From assembly GCA_015523445.1 (NCBI GenBank), contig WAKG01000085.1:1-62812 (forward strand): a stretch of DNA of 62,812 nucleotides, written 5' to 3'. The notes under the pieces are model-generated. The model made no database searches. It saw nothing but the letters and a program-made list of their open reading frames with translations, and was not told where the DNA came from. Source of the stretch: Desulfurococcales archaeon. GTDB lineage: Archaea > Thermoproteota > Thermoprotei_A > Sulfolobales > Acidilobaceae. The position numbers and the translations under genes were made by a program. This document shows positions 10,510-21,063 of the stretch, one piece after another; positions within the stretch are counted from its first letter, which is position 1, and every line of letters begins with the position of its first letter.

Positions 10510-10584
10510 ACCTCTACACCGCCAAGCCAGGAGGTAGCCTGGCAGGATTTAAAGCATGTACCATACGTGACATCCATCTGAGGT

Positions 10585-10653
10585 GGGCCTGTGACGAGGA
10601 GACCGACCAAGGATCCGGGCTGGGATGACGTGATCTTCTCTCAGCCGAGGCCC
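10585..10653 (+). ncRNA. Box C/D methylation-guide sRNA
   Basis: Intergenic. Terminal stem GGGCC/GGCCC, box C GTGACGA (10591), D' AGGA, C' GGGATGA (10622), box D CCGA (10645). Guide GAGACCGACC is complementary to 23S GGUCGGUCUC as I recall the archaeal consensus. Confidence 0.75.
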
Positions 10654-10706
10654 CTCATAGAAATAAACCCGGCACGGAGATACATATTCTAGAGTGGTAG
10701 GGATCC

Positions 10707-11408
10707 ATGACGAGGAGGCATGACTACGTGGTGGCATGGATTGAGGTTAGGGGTCAGAGGTTCGAGATCCTTGTTAGGCCGGAGTACGCCTTCAGATACA
10801 AGGAGGGGGAGAAAGTAGATCTCGACGACGTGCTGTGGACAGACATCGTGTACAAGGATAGCAGGAAGGGTCTCAAGGCCAGCCCCGAGTCCCTCAAGAA
10901 AGCCTTCGGCACCACCGACATCAGGAGGATAGCGGAGAGGATACTACGGGAGGGCGAGATACAGCTAACGGAGGAGCAGAGGAGGAAGATGCTGGAGGCG
11001 AAGAGGAGGAAGATAATTAACTATATAGCCAAGAACGCTATAGACCCGGTCACAAAGAAGCCTATACCAGCGTCAAGGATAGAAGCGGCCATGGAGGAGG
11101 CGAGGATCGGCATAGACCTCTATAAGGACGCGGAGTCCCAGGCAGTGGAGATAGTCAGGAGGCTGGCCAGGATAATGAGAATAAAGCTGGCGAGGGCTGT
11201 GATAGAGGCCAGGATACCACCACCATATAGTGGGAGGGCCTACGGGGAGCTACAGAGAGTTGGGGAGTTGAAGAAGGCCGACTGGCTGCCTGACGGTAGC
11301 CTAAGGGTAGAGCTGGAGATACCAGCCGGGGCCCAGGTTGATGTCACAAGCAGGATCCAAAATATAGCCAGAGGCCAGGCCCAGGTTACAGTGAAATCGG
11401 TGGGCTGA
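10707..11408 (+). CDS. sdo1: Ribosome maturation protein SBDS/Sdo1
   Basis: GQRFEILV, LKKAFGTTD, GEIQLTEEQRR, AIDPVT. Confidence 0.96.
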   Translation: MTRRHDYVVAWIEVRGQRFEILVRPEYAFRYKEGEKVDLDDVLWTDIVYKDSRKGLKASPESLKKAFGTTDIRRIAERILREGEIQLTEEQRRKMLEAKRRKIINYIAKNAIDPVTKKPIPASRIEAAMEEARIGIDLYKDAESQAVEIVRRLARIMRIKLARAVIEARIPPPYSGRAYGELQRVGELKKADWLPDGSLRVELEIPAGAQVDVTSRIQNIARGQAQVTVKSVG

Positions 11409-11410
11409 CA

Positions 11411-12100
11411 TTGGCGAAGGGAAGGAGAATAGTAGCCCCAGGGGAACAGCTACCCCCAGACACAACGGGGCCAGAGGAGTATCTGGTAGACCACGGCGAA
11501 TGGAAGTCCCCGGCAACTCTGGGCATCGTCGATGAGAGGGACGGTAAACACGTCTTCATCCCGCTCCAGGGTGTATACGTGCCTAGGAAGGGTGACATAG
11601 TCATAGGCCTGATAACAGGTCAGGGAATAGTTAACTGGTTTGTTGACATAAACTCCCCCTACCAGGCCATACTGACTGTCCAAGACTTTCTGGGCAGACC
11701 CTTCAACCCGATGACAGACGACATGTCTAAGCTGCTCAGAATCGGGGACTACGTGAAGGCCCAGGTACAAGCCTTCGATAGGACCCGGAACCCAACCCTG
11801 ACAGTCCAGGGTGAGGGGCTGGGTAGGATAGTCGAGGGGAAGATAGTGGAGGTGCTCCCGAGTAGGATACCCAGGATAATAGGAAAGAAACATAGTATGA
11901 TCAACATGATCTCGGAGGAGACAGGGTGCGAGATCTATGCCGCTGTAAATGGGAGGATCCACCTCAAGTGCCCCAATGAGGATAGCGAGACCATAGCCAT
12001 ACTGGCGATAAAGAAGATCGAGAGGGAGACGCATACGGTAGGCTTAACAGAGAGAGTAAAGAGGCTTATACAAGAGGAGAAGAAGGTGAGGGGTGTCTAA
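11411..12100 (+). CDS. rrp4: Exosome complex RNA-binding protein Rrp4
   Basis: [12 protein letters not shown]1 domain, KH motif PRIIGKK, NGRI. Confidence 0.96.
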   Translation: MAKGRRIVAPGEQLPPDTTGPEEYLVDHGEWKSPATLGIVDERDGKHVFIPLQGVYVPRKGDIVIGLITGQGIVNWFVDINSPYQAILTVQDFLGRPFNPMTDDMSKLLRIGDYVKAQVQAFDRTRNPTLTVQGEGLGRIVEGKIVEVLPSRIPRIIGKKHSMINMISEETGCEIYAAVNGRIHLKCPNEDSETIAILAIKKIERETHTVGLTERVKRLIQEEKKVRGV

Positions 12101-12105
12101 GTGGG

Positions 12106-12834
12106 ATGGCAAGGAAGGACGGCGTAACCCTATTCAGGGAGGACGGGACCAGGCTAGACGGGCGCAGGCCCGATGAGATGCGACCCATAAGGATGGAGGT
12201 TGGTGTGCTCGAGAACGCTGACGGATCGGCTATGGTAGAGTTCGGCAGGACCAAGGTCCTAGCGGCAGTGTATGGGCCTAGGGAGCCGGTGCAAAAGTAC
12301 ATAGCGATCCCCGACAAGGCGGTGCTGAGGGTAAGATACCACATGGCCCCCTTCTCCACCTCGGAGAGGAAAAGCCCAGCCCCGTCTAGGAGGGAGGTGG
12401 AGCTCTCTAAGGTCATCAGGGAGGCCCTGGAGCCTGTGGTACTAACCGACCAGTTCCCCAGGACTGCCATAGACGTCTTCATCGAGGTCCTGCAGGCCGA
12501 TGGTGGCACGAGGACCACGGGGCTCACAGCAGCCTCCCTAGCGCTGGCCGATGCAGGGATACCGATGAGGGCTCTCGTCGGAGGTGTTGCGGTGGGCAAG
12601 ATCCAGGACAAGCTCGTCCTGGATATAGACGAGTTCGAGGATAACTATGCTGAGGCCGATATGCCGGTGGGTGCAGCACCGGATATAGGCCTGGTGACCC
12701 TGTTCCAGATAAACGGAGTAATGACGAGGGAGGAGGTCATGAAAGGCCTGGACATGGCGCTCGAGGCAATAAACAAGATTGTTGAGATGGAGAAAGAAGT
12801 GCTCAAGTCCAAGTATGTGAAGGCGGAGGTGTAA
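12106..12834 (+). CDS. rrp41: Exosome complex exonuclease Rrp41
   Basis: [32 protein letters not shown]. Confidence 0.97.
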   Translation: MARKDGVTLFREDGTRLDGRRPDEMRPIRMEVGVLENADGSAMVEFGRTKVLAAVYGPREPVQKYIAIPDKAVLRVRYHMAPFSTSERKSPAPSRREVELSKVIREALEPVVLTDQFPRTAIDVFIEVLQADGGTRTTGLTAASLALADAGIPMRALVGGVAVGKIQDKLVLDIDEFEDNYAEADMPVGAAPDIGLVTLFQINGVMTREEVMKGLDMALEAINKIVEMEKEVLKSKYVKAEV

Positions 12835-12839
12835 GAAGG

Positions 12840-13676
12840 ATGAGCATGACGCCATTCAGGGTTCCGGTAGTCCCCACACTAAAGAAGGAAACCTTCATGA
12901 GTCTCTACCGTAAGGGGACGAGGCTGGATGAGAGAGACCTATTCACGCCGAGGAAGGTCGAAATCGAGACGGGAGTCATAGATAAGGCTGAGGGGTCAGC
13001 TCTGGTCAAGCTAGGTAACACCAAGGTCCTAGCCGGGGTTAAGATAGAGGTGGGCACGCCCTTCAGGGACACTCCAAACCAGGGGGTACTAACCGTTCAC
13101 GCCGAGTTCGTGCCCCTAGCCTCGCCAGTATTCGAGCCCGGGCCGCCTGATGAGAATGCCATAGAACTGGCAAGGGTGGTGGATAGGAGCTTGAGGGAAG
13201 TAGGCGTGGTGGATCTGGAGTCCCTGGTTATACGTGAGGGCGAGAAGGTGTGGATAGTATGGGTTGACCTCTACGTGATCGACCATGACGGGAATCTCTT
13301 CGACGCCAGTATGCTAGCAGCGATGGCGGCGCTCAAGACAGCAAGGCTGCCAGACTATGAGGAGTATGAGACTGGGGAGATCGAGGTCCTCAGAGACAAG
13401 AGCCAGGGCCCTCTCAAGCTGAACCACACTGTGGTGACGGTGACTACGGCCAAGGTGGGGGAGTATATAATAGTGGACCCTACGCTGGACGAGGAGACAA
13501 TATCAGACTCGAGGATGGTCGTGGCGGTGGATGAGCAGGGCAGGATAGTGGGCCTACAGAAGGTCGGTGAGGCAGGGTATACCAGGGAGGAGGTAGAGAA
13601 GGTGCTAAACATATCGCTGGGGGCCGCTAAGGTATACTTTAAATCCCTGGAGGAGGCGCTAGCCCGCAAGGGGTAG
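12840..13676 (+). CDS. rrp42: Exosome complex component Rrp42
   Basis: AEGSALVKLGNT, FEPGPPDENAIELARVVDR, DHDGNLFDA. Confidence 0.97.
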   Translation: MSMTPFRVPVVPTLKKETFMSLYRKGTRLDERDLFTPRKVEIETGVIDKAEGSALVKLGNTKVLAGVKIEVGTPFRDTPNQGVLTVHAEFVPLASPVFEPGPPDENAIELARVVDRSLREVGVVDLESLVIREGEKVWIVWVDLYVIDHDGNLFDASMLAAMAALKTARLPDYEEYETGEIEVLRDKSQGPLKLNHTVVTVTTAKVGEYIIVDPTLDEETISDSRMVVAVDEQGRIVGLQKVGEAGYTREEVEKVLNISLGAAKVYFKSLEEALARKG

Positions 13677-13691
13677 AGGAGGCGCTGAGCT

Positions 13692-13955
13692 ATGGGGAGG
13701 ACAAAGATAGTAGGGCCAGCTGGTAGGTACGGGCCGAGGTACGGGGTCAGCGTTAGGAAGAGGGTAAGGGATATACTATTAAGGAAGCAGCAGAAGCACG
13801 AGTGCCCATTCTGTGGCTCCACAGGCACGGTATACAGGATCTCCGTGGGTATATGGGCCTGCAGGAAGTGCGGGGTCAAGTGGGCTGGGGCTGCGTATAC
13901 TCCACGCTCCGAGATAGCCCCCTACTTTAGGAAGGGCTACGTGGTAAGGGAGTAG
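13692..13955 (+). CDS. rpl37ae: 50S ribosomal protein L37ae
   Basis: GRYGPRYG, CPFC...GIWACRKC, GAAY. Confidence 0.97.
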   Translation: MGRTKIVGPAGRYGPRYGVSVRKRVRDILLRKQQKHECPFCGSTGTVYRISVGIWACRKCGVKWAGAAYTPRSEIAPYFRKGYVVRE

Positions 13956-13960
13956 CTGGG

Positions 13961-14515
13961 ATGCCCCCTGCCCCAACACCTCCTACACACATAATCATAA
14001 CGACTAGCAGGAGACCGTCGCCCAGGACTAGGTCCCTAGTTAAGGACCTAGCAGGGGTAATACCTGGGGCTACCAGGCTAACTAGGGGCCACCTAACATA
14101 CCAGGAGCTCTCCATAGAGGCGGCAACCCTGGGGGCAGACAGGGTGGTTGTGGTAGGGGAGAAGAGGGGTAATCCTAGCATAATGAGGATATACGAGCCT
14201 ATCCCGCCCAAGGGCTTAAACAATATTGTAACGCTCATAATCAAGGGGGTAAAGCTTGCTAGAGAGGCAGGGGTGCCCAGCAGGGCAAGAGCCCGGTTCC
14301 TCAGGGTAGAGCATGACGGGAGCGAGGATTCTATGGAGGTTGCGGAGGCCCTTGTTAGGGGGCTCCATGCTAGGCTAACACCTGTGGAGCCCAGCGTTGT
14401 AGCAAGGCTAGAATCCCGGGGTTACAGGGAGGTGCTCCTCACATTCACAAGTAACGGCTTAAGTGTGGGGCCGGTGCTCAGGATAGGCATACCGTGGAGG
14501 ATGATCAAGGGGTGA
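13961..14515 (+). CDS. Brix-domain ribosome biogenesis protein (Imp4-like)
   Basis: ITTSRRPSPRTRSLVKDL, TRG, EKRGNPS, GPVLRI. Confidence 0.93.
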   Translation: MPPAPTPPTHIIITTSRRPSPRTRSLVKDLAGVIPGATRLTRGHLTYQELSIEAATLGADRVVVVGEKRGNPSIMRIYEPIPPKGLNNIVTLIIKGVKLAREAGVPSRARARFLRVEHDGSEDSMEVAEALVRGLHARLTPVEPSVVARLESRGYREVLLTFTSNGLSVGPVLRIGIPWRMIKG

Positions 14516-14757
14516 ACAAGGCTACATACATTATTTGCATCCCCCACGCGGAAGAGGTGGAGAAGGCCCTAAGGGCGGAGCTGGGCCAGCCAGCACCCCA
14601 GAAGGGGAGGGTTAGGATCAGGGTTGAGGATGGATGCCTTGTCATAGAGATAGAGTCTCCCACACTAAGCGGCCTTAGGGCGCTGAGCAACTCATTCCTC
14701 TACCTGGCCCATGCAGCGTATAGCAGCCTTGAGGCCACCAGCAGTGAACCGAGCTAG
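14512..14757 (+). CDS. pcc1: KEOPS complex subunit Pcc1
   Basis: LVIEIESPTLSGLRALSNSFL signature; GTG start overlaps the Brix stop; conserved position. Confidence 0.85.
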   Translation: MNKATYIICIPHAEEVEKALRAELGQPAPQKGRVRIRVEDGCLVIEIESPTLSGLRALSNSFLYLAHAAYSSLEATSSEPS

Positions 14758-14809
14758 TTTAAAATCCCTGGGTGGCCCATGCCCTAGCCTGTGGCCTAAG
14801 GGAGGGTGC

Positions 14810-15187
14810 ATGAAGGTGGTGGAGAAGGTACCTGCAGATGTTGAAGCTAAGTACAACAAGTATATCCAGCTGAAGGAGACCCAGGCCGCCCTCAGCCAGG
14901 AGAGGATAATGCTCGAGGGGACTCTGGCTGAGATCGACTCCATCATAGAGAAGATAAAGGAGCTGGAAGATGACGTGGAGCTGTATAAGATGGTTGGAAA
15001 CGTGCTGGTGAAGTCGAGGAAGGACTCTATCCTTAAGGAGCTGGAGGACAGGAAGGAGGATCTGGAGATTAGGCTCAAGGCCATCAAGAGCCAGGAGGAC
15101 TCGATCAAGAAGGAGCTAGACCGCCTAGCAGAGGAGCTGAAGAGGCTCCTCGGAGGCGGCGGGGGCAAACCAGGTGCAGCAGGATGA
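14810..15187 (+). CDS. pfdB: Prefoldin subunit beta
   Basis: Coiled coil, LYKMVGNVLV hairpin, coiled coil; ATG 14810 with SD GGAGGG. Confidence 0.93.
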   Translation: MKVVEKVPADVEAKYNKYIQLKETQAALSQERIMLEGTLAEIDSIIEKIKELEDDVELYKMVGNVLVKSRKDSILKELEDRKEDLEIRLKAIKSQEDSIKKELDRLAEELKRLLGGGGGKPGAAG

Positions 15188-15473
15188 AGTCATCGAAGAG
15201 GCCCTAGTAGCTGCTGAGGAGAAGGCTAGGGAAGTACTCGATAGGCTATTGGGGGATAGGTCCTCCACATACACCATACTACTCAGGCTAGAGGAGGACC
15301 CTAGGGGAGGGTATAGGCTGGGTATAGAGATAGAGGCCTCCAGGCCCAGGGCCAGGTGGATAAGGGAGATAGTGGAGGAGGCAACCCGTGAGGCAGCAAG
15401 AGAGTTCGAGAAGCGTCTTAGAGCGGCTAGGAAGCCTGGTCAAGGAGAGAAGGGTAGCAATACTGACACATAA
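15174..15473 (+). CDS. Small conserved archaeal protein (DUF3194-like)
   Basis: Alpha-beta-beta-alpha 99-aa ORF in the usual slot after pfdB; genome-typical codons. Confidence 0.65.
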   Translation: MQQDEVIEEALVAAEEKAREVLDRLLGDRSSTYTILLRLEEDPRGGYRLGIEIEASRPRARWIREIVEEATREAAREFEKRLRAARKPGQGEKGSNTDT

Positions 15474-16407
15474 AAACGCAGATCCAGATGCAATAGCATC
15501 AGCAACTCTAGCCTCAAGACTAGTAGAGTGCTTAGGCGGGGCACCATGCATAGCACTGCCAGAGGGATTATCCCACCAGTCTAAGAGGCTAGTGGAGGGG
15601 CTAGGACTAAAACTGCCAGGGTGCACCGAACACCCAGAGCTGGTGCTCGTGGTAGACACTGCCAACCCGGCCCAGCTTGGCAGCCTCCAAGATATGCTTA
15701 GCAACCAACTAATCCTGATAGACCACCACACTCCGGGCCTCCTCGCGGAGAAGGCAACATGCAGGATAGTGGAGCCAGCTGCCTCCACCACCGAGATAGT
15801 AGCCAGCCTACTAGAAGAGGCCGGGTGCAGCTTGGATTGTGGCCAGGCAACACTAGGCCTAGCAGGCATAATCTATGATACTAAGAGGTTCCTACTGGCA
15901 ACCCCCAGGACCTTCCGGGCCACATACTGGCTAGCCAGCCAGGGGGGAAACTACCATAGGGCCCTCTCACTACTATCAAACCAGGGCCCAGCACCCATGC
16001 CAGAGAGGATGGCTAGGCTAAAGGCGGTCTCAAGGCTAAGGCTGGGTAGGGCCTGCAAGGATATACTGGTTGCGGTCACACACATAGGGAGCTACGAGTC
16101 CTCGGTGGCAAGGAGCCTAGTCGAGCTGGGCGCTGACGTGGCAGTGGTGCTAACTGAAAGGAGGGATGGCTATAGAGCCTCGATAAGGACCTCGAGGCTT
16201 GCCGAGGAGCATGGTGTCAGGGCTGATGCAGTGGCCAGGTACATGGCTGAGAAGTACGGAGGCCAGGGGGGAGGACACCCTGGAGCGGCTATGGCCCAGC
16301 TCCCCTTTATAGCACCGAGCGTCGAGGAGGCTACAGATATGGTGGCCAGGAGCCTCCCCGGGAAGGTTGCCCGGATGTGTACTAGGGGTGCAGAAGGTGT
16401 CGATTAG
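15388..16407 (+). CDS. DHH family phosphoesterase (NrnA-like)
   Basis: THKNADPDA, VVDT, IDHH, DHHA1 GGGH. Confidence 0.92.
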   Translation: MRQQESSRSVLERLGSLVKERRVAILTHKNADPDAIASATLASRLVECLGGAPCIALPEGLSHQSKRLVEGLGLKLPGCTEHPELVLVVDTANPAQLGSLQDMLSNQLILIDHHTPGLLAEKATCRIVEPAASTTEIVASLLEEAGCSLDCGQATLGLAGIIYDTKRFLLATPRTFRATYWLASQGGNYHRALSLLSNQGPAPMPERMARLKAVSRLRLGRACKDILVAVTHIGSYESSVARSLVELGADVAVVLTERRDGYRASIRTSRLAEEHGVRADAVARYMAEKYGGQGGGHPGAAMAQLPFIAPSVEEATDMVARSLPGKVARMCTRGAEGVD

Positions 16408-17092
16408 GATCTACGCCGACATCCGGGAGGAGAAGAGCGGGATACCATCAATACTAGAGGCCTCAGGCCTAGTGGTGATAAGGAGGCAGCTACCTATAGG
16501 GGACTACATAGTATCAGACCAGGTTGTTATAGAGAGGAAGAGCGCATACGACTTCGCCAAGAGCCTGTTCGACGGGAGGCTGTTCGAGCAGGCCCGTAGG
16601 ATGAGCGAGTCCTACCCGATAATAATCTACATAGTTGAGGGGGACCCGGGCAGAATAAGGAGGTTCGCCGGGCTCCACAGGCAGCTCTACTCGGCTATGG
16701 CAACCCTGACAATAGACTATGACGCCAGGATACTGGTGAGCAACGGGCCTCAGGGCAGTGCGGAGCTGATAGCATCCATAGCCAGGAGGATCCAGAGTGA
16801 GGGAGGCGGGAGGGTTGTTATACACAAGAAGCCTAAGATGGATGATCTGGAGTCCTGGCAGCTATACGTGCTCCAGTCGTTCCCCCAGGTGGGGCCTAAG
16901 ACTGCGGAGAGGATCCTGGAAAGGTTTGGAACAGTGGAGAGGTTCTGCAGGGCGACCATGGCAGAGCTCTCCACGATACCAGGTCTCGGGGAGAAGAAGG
17001 CGGAGAACATAAGGAGAATACTCATAACACCCTATAGGAGTGGGAGGAAGAAGAGTCAGGGCACGCTGGACGAGTACACTGGCCAGGGGTAG
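16397..17092 (+). CDS. xpf: Crenarchaeal XPF 3'-flap endonuclease
   Basis: DIRE, GDY, ERKSAYD ERCC4 motif, two HhH motifs, C-terminal PIP-like QGTLDEY. Confidence 0.95.
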   Translation: MSIRIYADIREEKSGIPSILEASGLVVIRRQLPIGDYIVSDQVVIERKSAYDFAKSLFDGRLFEQARRMSESYPIIIYIVEGDPGRIRRFAGLHRQLYSAMATLTIDYDARILVSNGPQGSAELIASIARRIQSEGGGRVVIHKKPKMDDLESWQLYVLQSFPQVGPKTAERILERFGTVERFCRATMAELSTIPGLGEKKAENIRRILITPYRSGRKKSQGTLDEYTGQG

Positions 17093-17181
17093 CGGGGACG
17101 GGGATCGTCATCGCTTTATAACCCCCATACGAGCCCCGGGAGTGTACCTGGAGTATTCCCCGGGAGATGGGGTGTACCTGG

Positions 17182-19395
17182 ATGGGTGCAAGGGTTAAGG
17201 TTGTGGCAGAGATCGAGAAGATCATGAGTAACATAGAGCAGATAAGGAACATAGGGATTATAGCCCACGTAGACCACGGCAAGACCACGACTAGCGACTC
17301 GCTACTAGCAGCCGCCGGGATAATATCGGAGAGAATAGCTGGAGAGGCACTAGTCCTAGACTATCTAAGCGTGGAGAAGCAGAGGGGTATAACGGTTAAG
17401 AGCGCCAACATAAGCCTATACCACGAGTATGAGGGCAAGCCATACGTGATCAACCTGATCGACACGCCTGGACACGTAGACTTCTCGGGCAAGGTTACCC
17501 GAAGCCTCAGGGTACTGGACGGGGCCATAGTTGTGGTAGACGCAGTCGAGGGCGTGATGACCCAGACGGAGACAGTCATAAGGCAGTCGCTGGAGGAGAG
17601 GGTTAGACCCCTACTCTTCATAAACAAGGTCGATAGGCTGATAAAGGAGCTGAAGCTGCCCCCCGAGAAGATCCAGGAGAGGTTCGTCGAGATAATCAGG
17701 GAGGTGAACAACCTGATAGACCTCTACGCCGAGCCGGAGTTCAGGAAGAAGTGGAAGCTAAACCCTGCTGATGGCACCGTTGCCTTTGGGAGTGCTAAGG
17801 ATAAGTGGGGCATAAGCATACCAATGGTCAAGAAGAAGGGGGTGACGTTCCAGGAGATCATAAAGGCCTATGATACGGGTGACAAGAGCCAGATAGCCCA
17901 GCTGGCAAAGAAGATGCCTCTACACGAGACCCTGCTCGACATGGTGGTCAAGTTCGTTCCCAACCCGAAGGAGGCCCAGAGGTATAGGATACCGAAGATC
18001 TGGAAGGGGGACCTGGACAGTGAGATAGGCAAGGCAATGATCGAGGCAGACCCCAACGGCCCCCTAGTATTCTACGTGAACGACATAAAGGTGGAGAAGA
18101 CCGGGCTAGTCGCTACTGGCAGGGTATTCTCAGGAACCCTAAGACCGGGTACAGAGGTGTACCTAGTCACGGCTGGCAAGAAGGGGAGAATACTCCAGGT
18201 CAGCCTCTACATGGGGCCCTTCAGAGAGGTCACGAAGGCTATACCAGCAGGAAACATAGGAGCGATTATGGGCCTAGAGGATGTGAGGGCTGGAGAGACT
18301 CTGGTAGATTTGACGCACCAGGAGCAGGGTGCACCATTCGAGCAGCTACGCTACGTGAGCGAGCCCGTGGTGACAATAGCCGTGGAGCCGAAGAAGATAC
18401 AGGACCTGCCAAAGATGATCGAGGCGCTGAGGAAGCTGACGATAGAGGACCCCAACCTTGTGGTGAAGATAAATGAGGAGACGGGCGAGTACCTGATAAG
18501 CGGTATGGGCCCACTGCACCTCGAGATAGCCCTAACCCTCCTAAAGGAGAGGTTCGGCATAGAGGTGAAGGCCAGCCCGCCTATAGTGGTCTACCGTGAG
18601 ACCGTCAGGTCGGAGAGCCAGGTATATGAGGGCAAGAGCCCCAACAAGCACAACAAGTTCTACATAAGCGTGGCTCCACTTAATGAAGAGACCATAGAGC
18701 TGATAGCTAGAGGCGTGGTGAACGAGAACCAGCACCCGAGGGACAGAGCCAAGATACTCAGGGACCAGGCTAGCTGGGACTATGATGAGGCCAGGAGGAT
18801 ATGGAGCATCGACGAGAACATAAACGTGTTCGTGGACAAGACAACTGGTGTACAGCACCTCAGGGAGGTCAAGGACACGATACTGGCAGCCTTCAGGCTA
18901 GCGATGAAGGAGGGCCCGCTCGCGGCGGAGCCCGTTAGAGGGGTCAAGGTGATCCTCCACGATGCCGTGATACATGAGGACCCTGTACACAGGGGCCCAG
19001 GACAGATATACCCGGCGGTGAGAAACGCTATATGGGCTGGTATAATAACTGCCAAGCCAACCCTGCTGGAGCCCCTGCAGAAGCTGGACATAAGGACGCC
19101 TATGGAGTATGTGAGCAACATTGCAGCGCTACTATCAAGAAAGAGGGGAAGAATACTAGAGGTCCTAAGCCAGGGCCCGGCAGCCAGGGTAATAGCAGAG
19201 GTTCCAGTCAGCGAGAGCTTCGACCTAGCGGCGGAGCTAAGGGGTGCAACAGCTGGGAGAGCATTCTGGGGAGTAGAGTTCAGCAGGTGGGCTCCAGTGC
19301 CAGACTCGATGCTTGACGACCTGATCAGGAAGATAAGGGAGAGGAAGGGGCTACCGCCAACACCGCCTAAGCTAAACGACCTGATAGGCCCCTAG
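17182..19395 (+). CDS. fusA: Elongation factor EF-2
   Basis: [25 protein letters not shown], diphthamide motif HEDPVHRG. Confidence 0.99.
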   Translation: MGARVKVVAEIEKIMSNIEQIRNIGIIAHVDHGKTTTSDSLLAAAGIISERIAGEALVLDYLSVEKQRGITVKSANISLYHEYEGKPYVINLIDTPGHVDFSGKVTRSLRVLDGAIVVVDAVEGVMTQTETVIRQSLEERVRPLLFINKVDRLIKELKLPPEKIQERFVEIIREVNNLIDLYAEPEFRKKWKLNPADGTVAFGSAKDKWGISIPMVKKKGVTFQEIIKAYDTGDKSQIAQLAKKMPLHETLLDMVVKFVPNPKEAQRYRIPKIWKGDLDSEIGKAMIEADPNGPLVFYVNDIKVEKTGLVATGRVFSGTLRPGTEVYLVTAGKKGRILQVSLYMGPFREVTKAIPAGNIGAIMGLEDVRAGETLVDLTHQEQGAPFEQLRYVSEPVVTIAVEPKKIQDLPKMIEALRKLTIEDPNLVVKINEETGEYLISGMGPLHLEIALTLLKERFGIEVKASPPIVVYRETVRSESQVYEGKSPNKHNKFYISVAPLNEETIELIARGVVNENQHPRDRAKILRDQASWDYDEARRIWSIDENINVFVDKTTGVQHLREVKDTILAAFRLAMKEGPLAAEPVRGVKVILHDAVIHEDPVHRGPGQIYPAVRNAIWAGIITAKPTLLEPLQKLDIRTPMEYVSNIAALLSRKRGRILEVLSQGPAARVIAEVPVSESFDLAAELRGATAGRAFWGVEFSRWAPVPDSMLDDLIRKIRERKGLPPTPPKLNDLIGP

Positions 19396-19497
19396 CCACC
19401 TCCCCCATAACTCCCCGGCGTTGATATGGTAACACACGGCACACTCCCCTATTAACCCTGTCCGGCATGCAGTCTGTACGCTCGCCTCATAGCATCA

Positions 19498-19525
19498 TTT
19501 ATACCATTCTAACTGTATATACAGT
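19498..19525 (+). promoter_or_regulatory. nuo operon promoter: TATA plus 14-bp palindrome
   Basis: TTTATA at 19498-19503, then perfect palindrome ACTGTATATACAGT at 19512-19525, 12 nt before the nuoA start. Confidence 0.5.
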
Positions 19526-19537
19526 CCGGTGTAAGGC

Positions 19538-19945
19538 TTGCCGATAGACCCAGGCGACCCCCTGGTGAAGTCAGCCCTCACACTGGTGGTACTACCCCTC
19601 ATACTTACACTGGCGTTAGCGGGTGTCATATACTTCCTACGCATACTAACGCTCCAGTCCAGGGATGTGGAGGAGGCGGAGAAGTACAAGTATGAGAGGT
19701 TCGAGGCTGGGAACCCGCCTAAGGGTGAGGCTAGGAGGAAGGTTTCAATGCAGTACCTAGGCTACCTAATAATATTCCTAGCCGTCGAGCCAGCCGTGAT
19801 CCTAGTGGCTCTAACACTGGCAGCACCCAGGACAATGCTAAGCAACCTACTATATCTATACGCCGTATTCATAGCCGTTTACACTCCACTATTAGTATAC
19901 GCGTTGAGGGAGGCCAGGCGCGTGGAGGCCTGGACCCTCACATAG
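19538..19945 (+). CDS. nuoA: Complex I-like subunit A
   Basis: Three TM helices, RFEAGN loop, IFLAVE. Confidence 0.92.
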   Translation: MPIDPGDPLVKSALTLVVLPLILTLALAGVIYFLRILTLQSRDVEEAEKYKYERFEAGNPPKGEARRKVSMQYLGYLIIFLAVEPAVILVALTLAAPRTMLSNLLYLYAVFIAVYTPLLVYALREARRVEAWTLT

Positions 19946-19946
19946 C

Positions 19947-20561
19947 ATGGGGGTGGACGTGATGGAGGGTAACGGAGGCAACGGTGGGAGAGTCTATGTA
20001 GGCAACCTAGACAAGTCGGCTAAGAAGGCTAAGCAGCTAGTCATGGGCAAGCTGAGAATAGGCAAGGCAGTAGACTGGGCAACCGCCTTCAGCCTATGGC
20101 CAGTACACCTAACCACCAGCTGCTGTGGCTGCGAGTTCGCAGCAACCTGGAGCCCCAGGTTCGACGCCGAGCAGCACGGAGCCCTGCCATGGGTGGGGGC
20201 CAGGCAGACCAACATGATCCTAATAGAGGGGACAGTCACTAAGAAGATGGCATGTGCAGTAAGGGTCACCTGGGAGCAGATGCCATCACCCAAATTCGCC
20301 ATTGCCATGGGTGCATGTGCAATAGATGGCGGGATATTCTATAATAGCTACAACATAGTCAGGCCCTGGGAGATAATCCCGGTGGACGTCTATATACCGG
20401 GATGTCCCCCGAGGCCAGAGGCAGTGGCTAGAGCGATCATTGAGCTCCAGAGGAAGATTAGGAAGCAGAGGGTTGTCAGCAAGTGGATAGAGGAGGGCTG
20501 GAGGCCCGACAAGGAGTATGTTAAACCTAAAGAGGACCCGTGCTCATGGTGGAGGGGGTAG
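19947..20561 (+). CDS. nuoB: Complex I-like subunit B
   Basis: SCCGCE, MGACA, IPGCPPRPE. Confidence 0.96.
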   Translation: MGVDVMEGNGGNGGRVYVGNLDKSAKKAKQLVMGKLRIGKAVDWATAFSLWPVHLTTSCCGCEFAATWSPRFDAEQHGALPWVGARQTNMILIEGTVTKKMACAVRVTWEQMPSPKFAIAMGACAIDGGIFYNSYNIVRPWEIIPVDVYIPGCPPRPEAVARAIIELQRKIRKQRVVSKWIEEGWRPDKEYVKPKEDPCSWWRG

Positions 20562-20565
20562 AATA

Positions 20566-21057
20566 GTGGACCTAGCCCAGGCCAGGAAGATCGTTGAGGA
20601 GGCGCTTAGCGGCATAGAGGCCCGTGTAGAGGAGGGGAGGGGGTTCATAGAGTTCATAGTATCTAAGGAGAACCTAGTGGAGGCGGCGTCCCGGCTTAAG
20701 AAGGCGGGCTTCGACCACGTGAAGAGCCTGACGGTTGTAGATTATAAGGCTGAGGGTAAGTTCAAGATAGTATACTATGTATCGAGCTACCTCAATGAGG
20801 ACCTAGCGGGGGTTATAGTTGGGATAGGGACAGAGGTGCCAAGGGACAACCCTAAGATGCCCACACTAGTATACGTGTGGAGAAGCGCCGAGTTCCAGGA
20901 AAGGGAGGTGTTCGAGTTCTTTGGCATAGACTTCGAGGACCATCCAGACCTAAGGCTCCTACTACTCACGCCTCAGGTGGCTGAGAAGAGGCCCCTCAGG
21001 AAGGACTTCATAGTAAAGGAGGAACCAATCATCAGGACCACGCCACCCACGGGGTGA
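20566..21057 (+). CDS. nuoC: Complex I-like subunit C
   Basis: EREVFEFFGIDFEDHPDLR...PLRKDF; start GTG 20566. Confidence 0.95.
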   Translation: MDLAQARKIVEEALSGIEARVEEGRGFIEFIVSKENLVEAASRLKKAGFDHVKSLTVVDYKAEGKFKIVYYVSSYLNEDLAGVIVGIGTEVPRDNPKMPTLVYVWRSAEFQEREVFEFFGIDFEDHPDLRLLLLTPQVAEKRPLRKDFIVKEEPIIRTTPPTG

Positions 21058-21063
21058 GAAGCA

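Noticed and set aside
17056..17111. Minus-strand ATGACGA...CTGA resembling a C/D sRNA
   Set aside because: No credible C'/D' boxes or terminal stem; mostly overlaps the xpf coding end.
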